Below are positions 18,286 to 28,511 of a stretch of 64,000 nucleotides of DNA, in pieces. The DNA comes from Defluviitaleaceae bacterium (GTDB lineage: Bacteria; Bacillota; Clostridia; Lachnospirales; WQUN01), in contig WQVC01000001.1 in NCBI GenBank assembly GCA_009781765.1, positions 14,774 through 78,773 on the forward strand, given 5' to 3'. The notes under the pieces are model-generated. The model worked only from the letters and a program-made list of their open reading frames with translations. It was not told the origin of the DNA and made no database searches. The first letter of the stretch is position 1; each line of letters starts with the position of its first letter. Made by a program: the position numbers and the translations under genes.

Positions 18286-19424
18286 AAATATTAACAGCCA
18301 TGAGCGGCGGAGTAGATTCATCGGTGGCGGCGCATTTGCTCAAAGCGGACGGACACGAACTCATCGGCGCAATGATGCGTTTTTTTGATGCCGGGGACAT
18401 AGCCGGGAACACATATGAGGCTTTTCAACATTCTCTCGAAGCCGTGACAGGTGCATCTGCCGGGCAAAAATTACACGTGTCGGGTGTTGCGCCGCGTTCC
18501 TGCTGCACGCTTTCCGATGCCGAAGACGCGCGCGCCGTCGCAAATGCATTGGATATTCCGTTTTACGTGTTCAATTTTTCGGAAAATTTCGCCGAAGCCG
18601 TTATGAACAAATTTGTTCGCGCATATCTCGCAGGTACAACGCCGAACCCATGCATCGACTGCAATCGCTTTTTAAAGTTCGAAAAATTTCTGCATCGCGC
18701 AACAGAGCTTGATTGCGACAAAATCGCGACCGGGCATTATGCGCGAATTTCTGCCGACGCGAACGGTCGATTTCTTCTGCGTACCGGCGCGGACACAACA
18801 AAAGACCAAAGCTATGTTCTGTACGCAATGACGCAAGCCCAACTTTCACGCACGATTTTCCCCCTCGGCGAATTAAAAAAGGAAGAGGCTCGCGAAATCG
18901 CGCAAAAAATGGGCTTCGTCAACGCGCAAAAACGTGACAGCCAAGACATATGTTTCGCTCCGGACGGCGATTACGCCGGGTTTATTCGGCAGCGAACCGG
19001 CGCAACAAAAAAAGGCCGCTTCATCGACAGAAGCGGCAAAATTTTGGGCGAACATAAAGGCATCGTACATTACACAATCGGGCAACGCAAAGGCTTGGGC
19101 ATATCCGCGCCCGAGCCGCTTTTCGTGCTTGCGGTAAATGCCGACGATAACACCGTCACCCTCGGCGCAAACGAAGACCTTTTTACAAGAAAGCTCACCG
19201 CCCGCGACGTAAATTTTATTCCTTTCGACAGGCTCGACAGCCCGCTTCGCGCGACGGCGAAAATTCGTTATGCCCACGCACCCCAACCCGCAACAATTTT
19301 TCAAACCGCTCCCGACGAAATTGTTTGCGAATTCGAGCAACCGCAACGCGCAATCACGCCGGGGCAGGCCGTTGTTTTTTACGACGGCGACATTGTTATC
19401 GGCGGCGCAACCATACTCGGATAG
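18282..19424 (+). CDS. mnmA: tRNA 2-thiouridine(34) synthase
   Basis: AMSGGVDSSVAA PP-loop, NPCIDCNRFLKF, GHYAR, and KDQSYVLY. The GTG start overlaps the ddh stop. Confidence 0.92.
   Translation: MKILTAMSGGVDSSVAAHLLKADGHELIGAMMRFFDAGDIAGNTYEAFQHSLEAVTGASAGQKLHVSGVAPRSCCTLSDAEDARAVANALDIPFYVFNFSENFAEAVMNKFVRAYLAGTTPNPCIDCNRFLKFEKFLHRATELDCDKIATGHYARISADANGRFLLRTGADTTKDQSYVLYAMTQAQLSRTIFPLGELKKEEAREIAQKMGFVNAQKRDSQDICFAPDGDYAGFIRQRTGATKKGRFIDRSGKILGEHKGIVHYTIGQRKGLGISAPEPLFVLAVNADDNTVTLGANEDLFTRKLTARDVNFIPFDRLDSPLRATAKIRYAHAPQPATIFQTAPDEIVCEFEQPQRAITPGQAVVFYDGDIVIGGATILG
18428..18444. repeat. family E motif copy inside mnmA
   Basis: ACATTCTCTCGAAGCCG, translated as QHSLEAV. It lies within an apparent ~25-30 aa extra segment. 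Confidence 0.55.
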
Positions 19425-19449
19425 CCGGGGACAAATTTCGACAGCCGAG

Positions 19450-19464
19450 CCTTCCCTCGAAGCC
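19450..19464. repeat. family E motif copy (intergenic)
   Basis: CCTTCCCTCGAAGCC. Confidence 0.45.
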
Positions 19465-19494
19465 AAAAACTCTTTCGGCGGCAGTCCGGTTATT

Positions 19495-20295
19495 TTAGCT
19501 GCCGAGCACTCCCTCGAAGTCGAAAACGCTGTTCGTATCGACGCCGGCCAAATGATTCAAATCCTCAAAGCGGTAGCCCATATCCTTGTATTTTACAATC
19601 AGGTCGCCCAAAATTTCGGCGTTGGTTTTCGAAACATTGTGCAACAGTATTATCGCGCCCGGATACGTGCGCGGAAGCAACTTCGCAAAGGCTTCTTCGT
19701 GAGACGGTTGATTGTCAACCTCCCAATCCTTGTACGCCGTTGACCAAAAAACCGTTTTGTATCCTAACTCCTGCGCGTGTTTTAAATTTGTTTCGTTGAA
19801 CGTACCCGACGGCGGACGATAAAATTTCGGCAACTCTTCGCCGGTAACTTCTTTGTAAACATCCTCTACTTTCGCAAGCTCTTTTGCAAAAGCATCTTTA
19901 CATAAAACTTTGCTCATATCGGGGTGCGTCATCGTGTGATTTGCCACGATATGCCCCTCTTGCACCATGCGCAAAATAAGCTCCCGCTCGTCACGAATAT
20001 ACGTTCCGACAAGAAAAAACGCCGCCGGAACTTCGTGCTCCGCAAGTGTGTCTAAAATTCCGGCGGTTAAACCGTTTTCATACCCCGCGTCAAAGGTCAA
20101 ATATAAAACCTTATCGTTCTCGTTCCCCATAAAAAACGCATCGAATTGCGCCAAATGTTCCGCGCTTGCGTTGGCCTCGGGTCTTCCTCCGTCTTTGGGA
20201 AAATGAATCCCCCAACTCTCGGCAAGGACGGTGCTTGCAAAAAAAATTACAGCGGCAATCGAAATACATATTCCGAAACATTTCGAAATTTTCAT
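19495..20295 (-). CDS. polysaccharide deacetylase family protein (PdaA-like), secreted
   Basis: Signal peptide, LTFDAGYENG, and HTMTHP motifs. Confidence 0.85.
   Translation of the reverse strand: MKISKCFGICISIAAVIFFASTVLAESWGIHFPKDGGRPEANASAEHLAQFDAFFMGNENDKVLYLTFDAGYENGLTAGILDTLAEHEVPAAFFLVGTYIRDERELILRMVQEGHIVANHTMTHPDMSKVLCKDAFAKELAKVEDVYKEVTGEELPKFYRPPSGTFNETNLKHAQELGYKTVFWSTAYKDWEVDNQPSHEEAFAKLLPRTYPGAIILLHNVSKTNAEILGDLIVKYKDMGYRFEDLNHLAGVDTNSVFDFEGVLGS
19506..19522. repeat. family E motif copy encoding the C-terminus of the deacetylase
   Basis: GCACTCCCTCGAAGTCG is the reverse complement of the sequence coding DFEGVL at the C-terminus. Confidence 0.4.
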
Positions 20296-20377
20296 AAAAA
20301 TTCACCTCGGACAATATTTTGCATTTCCGAGTGATTTTTTATTACGGCAAAATTTGCAAATATGATGAATAAAATTT

Positions 20378-20630
20378 GGGGGGCGTCGCCCCCTCTCACG
20401 CGCTGCGCGCGTTGGCCGGGCGGCCTCGCTGACGCGACCCGACTTCGCCGGGGGACAGCCCAAGCCCCCACCCGCTTTTTAAAGGGTGGCGCGGGAAACG
20501 TTCGCTTCGCTCACTGCGCCCTCTAAAAGCGGGGCAAAAATTATTAAAAAATCGCGCAAAGCGCGATTTTAATAAAGTTTTTGTCGAACTTTTTTCAAAA
20601 AGTTCGTGGGGTGCGGGGCGAAGCCCTGCG
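20378..20630. repeat. composite palindromic element A3 (family A modules plus family B core)
   Basis: GGGGGGCGTCGCCCCC, ACGCGCTGCGCGCGT, GGGAAACGTTCGCTTCGCTCACTG (B core), AATCGCGCAAAGCGCGATT, CGAACTTTTTTCAAAAAGTTCG. Confidence 0.85.
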
Positions 20631-20696
20631 GTTTTGATGTTCATTCGCGATATGATATACTTAGGGAGTGTGGATTATTTTTATGAGGTGGGGCTT

Positions 20697-23600
20697 ATGT
20701 CTAACATGATTGCTGTCGGTGTTTATTATTTTGTGGTGCTGCTTTTAATTGCAATTTTGATTGCGGTGCGGGCAAATTCGAACACACGTAAAAATAAAAT
20801 GCTGTTGTTTCTGTGTTTTAACATGATTGTTTGGACTCTGCTGAATATTGCCGAGCAACTCGTGGTGCATCCGGATTTAAATATTTTTGTTTGGAATCTC
20901 GGTTTAATACCGCCGGGGTTTGCAGCGGCAATTCTCTTCGTGCTTACGTATAATTTTCTCGTGCCCGAACGCAAACTGCCGAAATTCGCATATGTTTTGG
21001 TGTTTGCGATTCCTGTGATGACAGCGTTTGTCGCACTTACGGCAAATTTTCATCCGTTTTTGAGAAACATGCAAAACATTACCGTATGGCCTCGTTACAT
21101 AGAATATTCGAGGGGCTTGTGGTTTTATGTACACACGGCCGGCGCAGTAATGAACACAATCGCAGGTATTGTCGTGTTAATCGGAGCATTTAATAAAAAC
21201 AAGCGACCCGCCGGTTTATTTTTGGCGGGTATTTTTATAATGCTCGTCGGCGTGGCATTAACTACGCCGGGCGTTTATATGCTCAACATAAATCCGGCAT
21301 CCGTAACCGGCGGATTCGCGATGATTTTTTTATACACGGCGTTTACGGACGGCCGCCAAAGCGTACATTTTCGTTTGCTTAATACGCTGAAAAGCCGCAT
21401 AACCTTTCCGGTTGCAATGGTAGTGTGCGCACTTGTTATAACTTCTGTTTTGTATGCGGCAAGAAGCACGAGATTAACCGTTGAAAGCATGGAAGCCGAA
21501 CGAGCGGAGGCAGTGGCTTCTGCGGTAAGCGCGCATATTGATACGCTTGAACAGCAAACCGTTACTGCGGCGGCCGCATTGTCCGGAAGCGCGGAATTGA
21601 TTCGGCTTATGAACGCCGGCAACAGGGAAGACATTTGGCAATACACTGCCGACAGGCTCGAAATTTTGGGAGTGGATTCCATTATTGTTACCGACGCTCA
21701 AGGCATAGCGGTTGCGCGTTCATTGTTGCCCGAACGCTACGGCGATGATGTAAGCGGCGGGCCTTCAATTTCCGCAGGCATTCGCGGCGACGAAATTACC
21801 GTTTTTATGCCGACGCCCACAGCCCCTATCGTTCTCACAACGGCCATGCCGATTTTCGACGACGGCAGAATAATCGGTGTGGTTGCGGTTAATTTTGATG
21901 TGGGCATGAATCATTTTTTGGATAATTTGAAAGATATTTTCGGCGTTGAATTTATGGTTTTCGTACCCGACGGATACGGCGGTGCTGTTTCGGTTCCGTC
22001 TACCGTTATAAACCCCGAAACAAACGAACGCATCGAAGGCTTGGCGGCAGAAAGCCATATTGTTTCCGCCGTTTTCGGCGACCGCCGGCAGATATCCTGC
22101 ACGCCGGATTTATTCGGCGTACCGTATCTTGCTAATTTTTTTCCGCTTAACGGTGCCGTTGAGCCGGCGGGTATGCTTTTTGTGGGGCATTCATTGGAAT
22201 ACAGCCTGAATACTGTAAGCGATTTGCAGCGCAACATGATGTTAATCAATCTTTTAGGGCTTGTCGTTACCGCTGTGTTTATGTACGCAATGATACGCAA
22301 ATCCTTAAAGCCGCTTGACGAACTGCGTTCCGTTGTAACAAACGTTGCAGCGGGCAAAATCAACGTAAACACCGCGCAAATCACCGACGATGAAATCGGC
22401 GTTCTGACATCCGATGTAATAAACCTCACCGACGTAATCAAAAATATTATCTCAGACCTGACCCGCATCGACCGCGAATTTAACGTAATCGGAGATATTG
22501 AGTACAGGGCGGATTCCGGCAAATATGAAAATTCTTTCAGGGAAGTCGTGGAAAGTGTAAATAATATTGTGGCGCGCCAAGCAGATGATGTCGCAGCTAC
22601 ACTCGAGGTAATTAACCGCATCGCCGAAGGCGATTTTAACGCACCGATTAAAGATTTGCCCGGCAAGAGAAATTTATTGCCGCAAACTCTTCGCGCTGTA
22701 ACCGCAAACCTCAAAGAGCTTTACGAATCGGCGGTTTATCTGGCGGAAAACGCCGCCGAGGGTAATCTTGAGGCAAAAATTGATGCCGAAAAATTCAGCG
22801 GCAGTTGGGCGGAGCTTGTGCGCACGTTGAATAATTTAATGGAATCGGTTGAAGCACCCCTTACCCAAATCGAACACAACATGGAGTTAATGGCAAAAGG
22901 CGATTTTTCGCGAATCGAAGGAGACTTCAAGGGAGTTTTTCAAAAAGTAAAGCAGGCCTGCAATTTCAACAACAAAACAACTTTATCGTATATCAACGAC
23001 ATAGCGGATGTACTGGACAAAATGGCGCACGGCGATTTAACCGTTTCAATCAGCAAGGATTACATCGGCGCATACGCATCCATCAAAGCCGCGTTATCCA
23101 CGATTTTGGAGTCGCTCAACCAAACAGTGGCAAGTATTCAATCCGCAACGAGTCAAGTGGTTGCCGGCGCAGAGCAAATAAATAACGGAGCCTTGCAACT
23201 TGCCGACGGCTCTTCGAGGCAAAATGCCGCAATACAGGAATTAACCGCGTCGATGCAAATTATCGACCAAAAGGCGAAAGAAAGTGCCGAAAATGCCGAA
23301 AATGCAAACGAACGCGCTGAAAAATCCACAACATATGCCAAACAGGGCGACGAAGTTGTTAAGTCCATGCTCGCTTCAATAGACAACGTAAAGGCATCCG
23401 GCGACGAAATTTCAAAAATTATCAAAGTAATATCCGACATTGCGTTTCAAACAAACCTGCTTGCATTAAATGCGGCGGTTGAAGCGGCGCGGGCCGGCGA
23501 ACACGGCAGAGGTTTTTCCGTAGTGGCAGAGGAAGTCAGAAATTTAGCGGGCAGAAGCAAGCAATCCACGGACGAAACCTCAGTAATCATAGACGCCAAC

Positions 23601-23885
23601 GGGAAAAACACCGACAACGTTCAGGGCGCGGCAAAAAATGTTGTCGAGTCCTTCTCTACAATTGCGGACAATATTTCTGCAATGTCCGGCATCATTGCGG
23701 ATATTGCAGAAATGTCGCGGGAACAGGCGGATTCAATTTCTGTTATAAACAGCAACATAGCCGAAATATCCAAAGTTGTGCTTGAAAATTCGTCAACCGC
23801 AGAAGAATCTGCCGCCGCTTCCGAAGAGCTTAATTCCCAAGCGGAAATGTTGCAAACACTGGTTTCATTCTTCAGGCTGAAATAA
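20697..23885 (+). CDS. methyl-accepting chemotaxis protein with N-terminal multi-TM module, Cache-like domain and HAMP repeats
   Basis: GAGGTGG RBS before the ATG at 20697. ~7 TM segments, then a periplasmic-like domain and a further TM. C-terminal signalling domain with [34 protein letters not shown]. Confidence 0.88.
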   Translation: MSNMIAVGVYYFVVLLLIAILIAVRANSNTRKNKMLLFLCFNMIVWTLLNIAEQLVVHPDLNIFVWNLGLIPPGFAAAILFVLTYNFLVPERKLPKFAYVLVFAIPVMTAFVALTANFHPFLRNMQNITVWPRYIEYSRGLWFYVHTAGAVMNTIAGIVVLIGAFNKNKRPAGLFLAGIFIMLVGVALTTPGVYMLNINPASVTGGFAMIFLYTAFTDGRQSVHFRLLNTLKSRITFPVAMVVCALVITSVLYAARSTRLTVESMEAERAEAVASAVSAHIDTLEQQTVTAAAALSGSAELIRLMNAGNREDIWQYTADRLEILGVDSIIVTDAQGIAVARSLLPERYGDDVSGGPSISAGIRGDEITVFMPTPTAPIVLTTAMPIFDDGRIIGVVAVNFDVGMNHFLDNLKDIFGVEFMVFVPDGYGGAVSVPSTVINPETNERIEGLAAESHIVSAVFGDRRQISCTPDLFGVPYLANFFPLNGAVEPAGMLFVGHSLEYSLNTVSDLQRNMMLINLLGLVVTAVFMYAMIRKSLKPLDELRSVVTNVAAGKINVNTAQITDDEIGVLTSDVINLTDVIKNIISDLTRIDREFNVIGDIEYRADSGKYENSFREVVESVNNIVARQADDVAATLEVINRIAEGDFNAPIKDLPGKRNLLPQTLRAVTANLKELYESAVYLAENAAEGNLEAKIDAEKFSGSWAELVRTLNNLMESVEAPLTQIEHNMELMAKGDFSRIEGDFKGVFQKVKQACNFNNKTTLSYINDIADVLDKMAHGDLTVSISKDYIGAYASIKAALSTILESLNQTVASIQSATSQVVAGAEQINNGALQLADGSSRQNAAIQELTASMQIIDQKAKESAENAENANERAEKSTTYAKQGDEVVKSMLASIDNVKASGDEISKIIKVISDIAFQTNLLALNAAVEAARAGEHGRGFSVVAEEVRNLAGRSKQSTDETSVIIDANGKNTDNVQGAAKNVVESFSTIADNISAMSGIIADIAEMSREQADSISVINSNIAEISKVVLENSSTAEESAAASEELNSQAEMLQTLVSFFRLK

Positions 23886-23903
23886 TCAATACGTGTACTC
23901 CTT

Positions 23904-24039
23904 GAGGGCTCCGCCCTCAAACTCCCGCAAGGGGACTATGTCCCCTTGACCCCGTCAAAGAATCGCGCGAATGCGCGATTCTTGTTAAATTTTACTTTTT
24001 TTAAAAAGTTCGCCGGGTACGGGGCTGAGTCCCGCGAAC
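23904..24039. repeat. family A variant element, copy A4 (intergenic)
   Basis: GAGGGCTCCGCCCTC, GGGGACTATGTCCCC, AATCGCGCGAATGCGCGATT, ACTTTTTTTTAAAAAGT. Confidence 0.8.
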
Positions 24040-24058
24040 TTGAAAGGAAGTTGCAATC

Positions 24059-27000
24059 GTGCAAATTCAATTTATTCTCGGCGGTCCCGGAACGGGAAAA
24101 TCTACATATGTTTTGCAGGAAATGTGTCGCGCGGTGCAATCGGATTTCGCCGCGCCGTTGTATTATCTTGTTCCCGAGCAGTTTTCGTTGCAGTCGGAAC
24201 GGCTTTTGCTCGAAGCGGAAAACGGTCGTGCGGCAACAACTCGCGTGCAGGTGCTGAGCTTTAATCGGCTCGCGCATCGGCTTTTTTCCGTACTCGGCGG
24301 TTTGCCGGGAAAACACGCCGACGATTTGGGCAAACAAATGCTTCTTCGCAAAGTTATTTTCGAGGTGGCGGGCGAAACGGAATTTTACAAAAGCGCGACG
24401 GACAAGCAGGGTTTTGTTTCGGAACTCGGCAGAACAATCACGGAGCTGAACCATTATCGCGTGAGCGCGGCGGATTTGCGCGACCGCGCGGCGGACTCGA
24501 CTCCGGCGTTTGCGGCAAAATTACGCGATATTGCCACGATTTTACAAAAATATCGCGAGGCCGTTACCGGGCGGCACATTCTCACCGACGACATGCCGGA
24601 AATCCTTTGCAACAGGCTTGCCGAGCTGCCCCCCGGCGAAAGTTTTCCGCTTTTGGACGGCGCGATGTTTTGGATTGACGGATTTTCCGGCTTCACCCCG
24701 CAAGAGCGACACGTTTTGCAACACATTTTAAAACGCGCCGAAAAAATCACTCTGACGCTCACCCTCAAAGATGAAATCTCCCGCGCACCGCGCGACACAA
24801 TCGAAAAAATCGAGACATTCGCACATTCCCTCCGCGCGCAAATTCTCCCGCACATACACATGAAGGAAAATTTTCGCCACGTAAACGCGCCGGGGCTTCG
24901 ATATTTTGTTAATAATTTTGGGCTTCGCCCCCCGCACCCCAATATCCCCTTGACCCCTACAGAGAAACCGCGCGAAGCGCGGTTTCTCAATAAAAGTTTT
25001 TTTGAAGGGGGCTTGGGGGAAACTTTTTTTTCAAAAAAAGTTTCCCCCAAAGAAAACATAGAAATCATATCATCAGCGGATAAATACGGCGGAGTTTATG
25101 CGGCCGCGCACAGTGTTTTGCGGCTGCGGGAGAAAGGTTATCGTTTCAGAGACATTGCGATTTTGTGCGGCGACCGCGAGCAATATGAAAAAATTTTGCA
25201 AACTGTTTTCGACCGCGAAAAAATTCCCGTTTTCGTTGATACGGAAATTGATATTTTGTCGCATCCGCTTACCGAATTGATTCGTGCCGCGCTGGATATT
25301 TTTGTGAAAAATTGGAGCATCGAAAGCGTGTTTCGCTTTTTAAAAACGGGGCTTGCCGGCGCAGACAGGGATACCATTGATATTTTAGAAAATTACGCGC
25401 TTGCAAACGGCATAAACTCGTATCGGTGGCGATACGAATTCCACGACGAAATTGCCGAAGCCGGGCGCGAAATACTGCTTCGCGGGCTTGCGCCGCTTAC
25501 ATCGAAAAAACCAAATCAATCGGTAGAGCAGTTACCAATTGAAAGCGATTCCCGCAGCGCGATTGGTTTTTGCAAATCTTCCGACACGGTTAAAAATTAC
25601 TCGAAACGTGTTTTTGATATGCTGTTCGGGCTGAATGTTCCCGAAACTTTGCAAAGTTGGTTCGACACGCACATGCTTTCCGGCGACCCGCAAACAGCGC
25701 GTATTCACGGGCAAATTTGGCCGAAAATTTGCGAGGTCTTTGATAAATTGGTCGAAATTTTGGGCGACGAAAAAGTCGAGCTGAAAACTTTTGCGGCAAC
25801 CCTCGACGCAGGATTTGTACAAGTCGGGTTGGGGCGTATTCCGCCGACCCTTGACCAAGTTGTTTTAGGCGATATTGCGCGTTCGCGTTATCCGCAAATC
25901 AAGGCGATGATTGTGCTTGGCGCGAACGACGGCGTTTTGCTGCCCACGCCGACACAATCCGGATTGTTCACCGACCACGAACGCAAATTGCTGAACAATT
26001 CCGGGATAAATGCTAAACCCGGTCGATTTGAAGTCGCGCCGGAAAACGCCGTTCGAATCAGCGAGCAAACATATAATTTGTTCTGCGCGCTTTCGCAACC
26101 GAGCGAAAAACTCATCTTGATTTACTCGGCGGGCGAAGCCGGAAAACCGTTGCGCCCGTCGCCGATTGTAAAGAAAATTCAAGCGTTGTTCCCGGGGCTT
26201 GAAACAACGCCCGCTCCCCTCCCCTCCGAGGACGCGGCCGATATGAGCGTGTTTTTCGCGCCGGTGAGGCTGTCGTCGCCTAACACCGCCGGAAGCACAA
26301 TTTTCACCGCCGCAACGCGCCTCGAAGCCTTTGCGCGTTGTCCGTTTGCGTACTATATGGATTATCTTTTGCGCGTTCGTCCGCGAAAATATTTTGAAGT
26401 TTTGCCGGCCGACCTCGGCAAACTCTTTCACGAGGTCATTGCAGATTTCACGAAACGTGGAAATTTCGACGCAACGCGGGACGAAATTAACGCCGAAGTT
26501 AATGCTCTTGTTGACGCGCTCGACCTCGAAAATTCGATTTTTTACAGCTCGGCGCGAAACAAATATGTATTGGATAAAGTGCGGCGCGTTGCGGCAGCGT
26601 CGTGTCACGCGCTTTGTCGCCAAATAAAAAACGGGCAGTATCGCCCGGGAATGACAGAACAGGAAATTTTGCACAACATCGCCCTCAACGACGGACGAAT
26701 GCTGTCGCTTTCCGGCCGCGTTGACCGCGTGGATTTTTCCGACACAAATCAAATTCGCATAGTGGATTACAAATCCGGCGCGACGAAATTTTCCCCCGAC
26801 GAAGCGTTAAAAGGCGTACAATTGCAGCTCGTTTTGTACATGAACGCGCTTTTAAAATCGCGCCCGAACAGCACGCCCGGCGGAATTTTTTATTTCCCGG
26901 TCGGCGACCCGATTATCGACACGAACGAAATTCTGCCCGACGTAATGCGCGAGGATGCCATTTTCAAAGCGTTTAAAATGTCCGGCATGGAAGCCGACGA

Positions 27001-27163
27001 CCCCGTCGCGTTCACAAATTTCGGCGCAGAGGTTGAAAACAGCGTGAAAGAACTCGGCATACGCATGTTCGACGGCGACATTTCCGCCCGTCCGTGGAGT
27101 ACAAAAAAAAGCCCCTGCGACTATTGCAATTTCGACGGGGTTTGCGGCGGATGCACCGGCTGA
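24059..27163 (+). CDS. addB: helicase-exonuclease AddAB, subunit AddB
   Basis: GTG start after an AAAGGAAG RBS. GGPGTGKST Walker A. C-terminal nuclease/Fe-S region (RLEAFARCPFAYY, DYKSG, CDYCNFDGVCG). Confidence 0.88.
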   Translation: MQIQFILGGPGTGKSTYVLQEMCRAVQSDFAAPLYYLVPEQFSLQSERLLLEAENGRAATTRVQVLSFNRLAHRLFSVLGGLPGKHADDLGKQMLLRKVIFEVAGETEFYKSATDKQGFVSELGRTITELNHYRVSAADLRDRAADSTPAFAAKLRDIATILQKYREAVTGRHILTDDMPEILCNRLAELPPGESFPLLDGAMFWIDGFSGFTPQERHVLQHILKRAEKITLTLTLKDEISRAPRDTIEKIETFAHSLRAQILPHIHMKENFRHVNAPGLRYFVNNFGLRPPHPNIPLTPTEKPREARFLNKSFFEGGLGETFFSKKVSPKENIEIISSADKYGGVYAAAHSVLRLREKGYRFRDIAILCGDREQYEKILQTVFDREKIPVFVDTEIDILSHPLTELIRAALDIFVKNWSIESVFRFLKTGLAGADRDTIDILENYALANGINSYRWRYEFHDEIAEAGREILLRGLAPLTSKKPNQSVEQLPIESDSRSAIGFCKSSDTVKNYSKRVFDMLFGLNVPETLQSWFDTHMLSGDPQTARIHGQIWPKICEVFDKLVEILGDEKVELKTFAATLDAGFVQVGLGRIPPTLDQVVLGDIARSRYPQIKAMIVLGANDGVLLPTPTQSGLFTDHERKLLNNSGINAKPGRFEVAPENAVRISEQTYNLFCALSQPSEKLILIYSAGEAGKPLRPSPIVKKIQALFPGLETTPAPLPSEDAADMSVFFAPVRLSSPNTAGSTIFTAATRLEAFARCPFAYYMDYLLRVRPRKYFEVLPADLGKLFHEVIADFTKRGNFDATRDEINAEVNALVDALDLENSIFYSSARNKYVLDKVRRVAAASCHALCRQIKNGQYRPGMTEQEILHNIALNDGRMLSLSGRVDRVDFSDTNQIRIVDYKSGATKFSPDEALKGVQLQLVLYMNALLKSRPNSTPGGIFYFPVGDPIIDTNEILPDVMREDAIFKAFKMSGMEADDPVAFTNFGAEVENSVKELGIRMFDGDISARPWSTKKSPCDYCNFDGVCGGCTG
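24920..25048. repeat. family A element, copy A5, in frame inside addB
   Basis: GGGCTTCGCCCC, AAACCGCGCGAAGCGCGGTTT, GGGGGAAACTTTTTTTTCAAAAAAAGTTTCCCCC. Translated as GLRPPHPNIPLTPTEKPREARFLNKSFFEGGLGETFFSKKVSP. Confidence 0.85.
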
Positions 27164-27184
27164 TTATTTTTCGGATTTTTGAAG

Positions 27185-28432
27185 CTACAAAGCCGACGCA
27201 TTAACGTTTCGACGTGCGCGTTCGATGATTTCGTTAAGAACAAACGCCGCGATAACAAGCGCGATAATTGCCGGGAAAAATGCGTCGAGCGAGATATTTT
27301 CTAAAATTTGACCGATTGCAAGCGAGCCGAGTGCCGCACCTGCGCCGGCAGCCGCGACCTGCATTCCGACTAACTTTGACAGCATGGCGGGGTCGAAGCG
27401 ACGCTTTGTTTCGTTCATAAGGCAGGGAAAAATCGGCGCGAATCCGAATCCCACAAGCGCGATGCCGATAATATTGCTTGTAAAAATCAGCGCGACCAAA
27501 CCGACGCCGGCAATAAAAAATCCCGTGCGAATCACGGTTATGCCCGAAAATTTCTCAGTTATGTATCCGAAAATAAATCGCCCCGCCATTAACGCGCCGA
27601 GATACACCGCAGGAAAAAGCCCCGCCGTTTCAAACACAACGTCGCGTCGTGCGCTGTTTAACAAAACGTCAACCGTCCAAATTGTCACGGACGATTCAAA
27701 CGCTACATAGACAAAAAAGACCAAAAATTGCAAATACTGAAACCGACGCGCGGTAATAAACGAGACTTCGCCGCCGGCCGAATTTTGTTCGGCTTCCGGG
27801 GGATGCGCTTCCGAATTTTGTTCGGCTTCGAGGGAATGTGCCGCTTTCGACTCTTGCCCCCGGCTATCACCGCGCGCTTGGCGCGCATCCCAGAGTCCGC
27901 GCAAAATACTTATCAAGAGGATGAGCAAAATCAAAAACTGCACCGCGAAAATCGCTGCGTAGCCCGTTCGCCAGTCATAGTAAATTATCATTTGACGCAT
28001 AATGAGCGGGCTTATTGCGCCGCCCATTGCCCAAAAACAATGCAGATGATTCATGTGTCGTGCGGAAAATCGGCTCACAACAAGAGCGTTCGCGCCCGCG
28101 TCAACAAGGCTTGCGCCCGCGCCGAGCAGCGAGGTGGATACAAGCATTCCCGCCAAATTCGGCGAAATTATATAGCCCGCAATGCCCGCCATCAGCATGA
28201 AAAAACCGCCGCCGGTAACCCATTTCAGCCGCAAAAACTTTTCAAGCCGCCCCGCTTGCGACGCCGCAAGCGCGTAACTCAAAGAGTTTACAATCATTAT
28301 CGCCGACGCTTGTCCGCGCGAAAGTCCCATATCAAAACGAATGCCGGGTAACGCAACGCCAAACGCCTCGGGCATACCGATTGCGAAAAACGCCGCGTAC
28401 GCGGCAAGCAGCAAAAACCAAGATTTTTTCAT
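27185..28432 (-). CDS. MFS transporter
   Basis: 415 aa, 12 predicted hydrophobic segments in two halves separated by a charged central loop. Confidence 0.8.
   Translation of the reverse strand: MKKSWFLLLAAYAAFFAIGMPEAFGVALPGIRFDMGLSRGQASAIMIVNSLSYALAASQAGRLEKFLRLKWVTGGGFFMLMAGIAGYIISPNLAGMLVSTSLLGAGASLVDAGANALVVSRFSARHMNHLHCFWAMGGAISPLIMRQMIIYYDWRTGYAAIFAVQFLILLILLISILRGLWDARQARGDSRGQESKAAHSLEAEQNSEAHPPEAEQNSAGGEVSFITARRFQYLQFLVFFVYVAFESSVTIWTVDVLLNSARRDVVFETAGLFPAVYLGALMAGRFIFGYITEKFSGITVIRTGFFIAGVGLVALIFTSNIIGIALVGFGFAPIFPCLMNETKRRFDPAMLSKLVGMQVAAAGAGAALGSLAIGQILENISLDAFFPAIIALVIAAFVLNEIIERARRNVNASAL
27778..27840. repeat. 33-nt tandem duplication plus family E motif in the MFS central loop
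   Basis: CCGAATTTTGTTCGGCTTC occurs twice, and the second copy runs into CGGCTTCGAGGGAATGTG. The peptide is HSLEAEQNSEAHPPEAEQNS. Confidence 0.8.
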
Positions 28433-28511
28433 CAGAATTATCCTGTGTCCCTCTATAGCTTCAAATTTTCAGGGATTCGCAACGCGACCGACCGCGCAGC
28501 GAAGTTCTTAC

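Noticed and set aside
20396-20644. ORFs lying wholly in repeat elements (20396..20644, 23936..24454, 50815..51240, 42495..42842, 33663..34079) and N-terminal ORF extensions through repeats (4912..5130, 32067..33005, 20634..).
   Set aside because: Their open frames are a by-product of the stop-poor repeat sequence. Better starts with an RBS exist downstream for the real genes.
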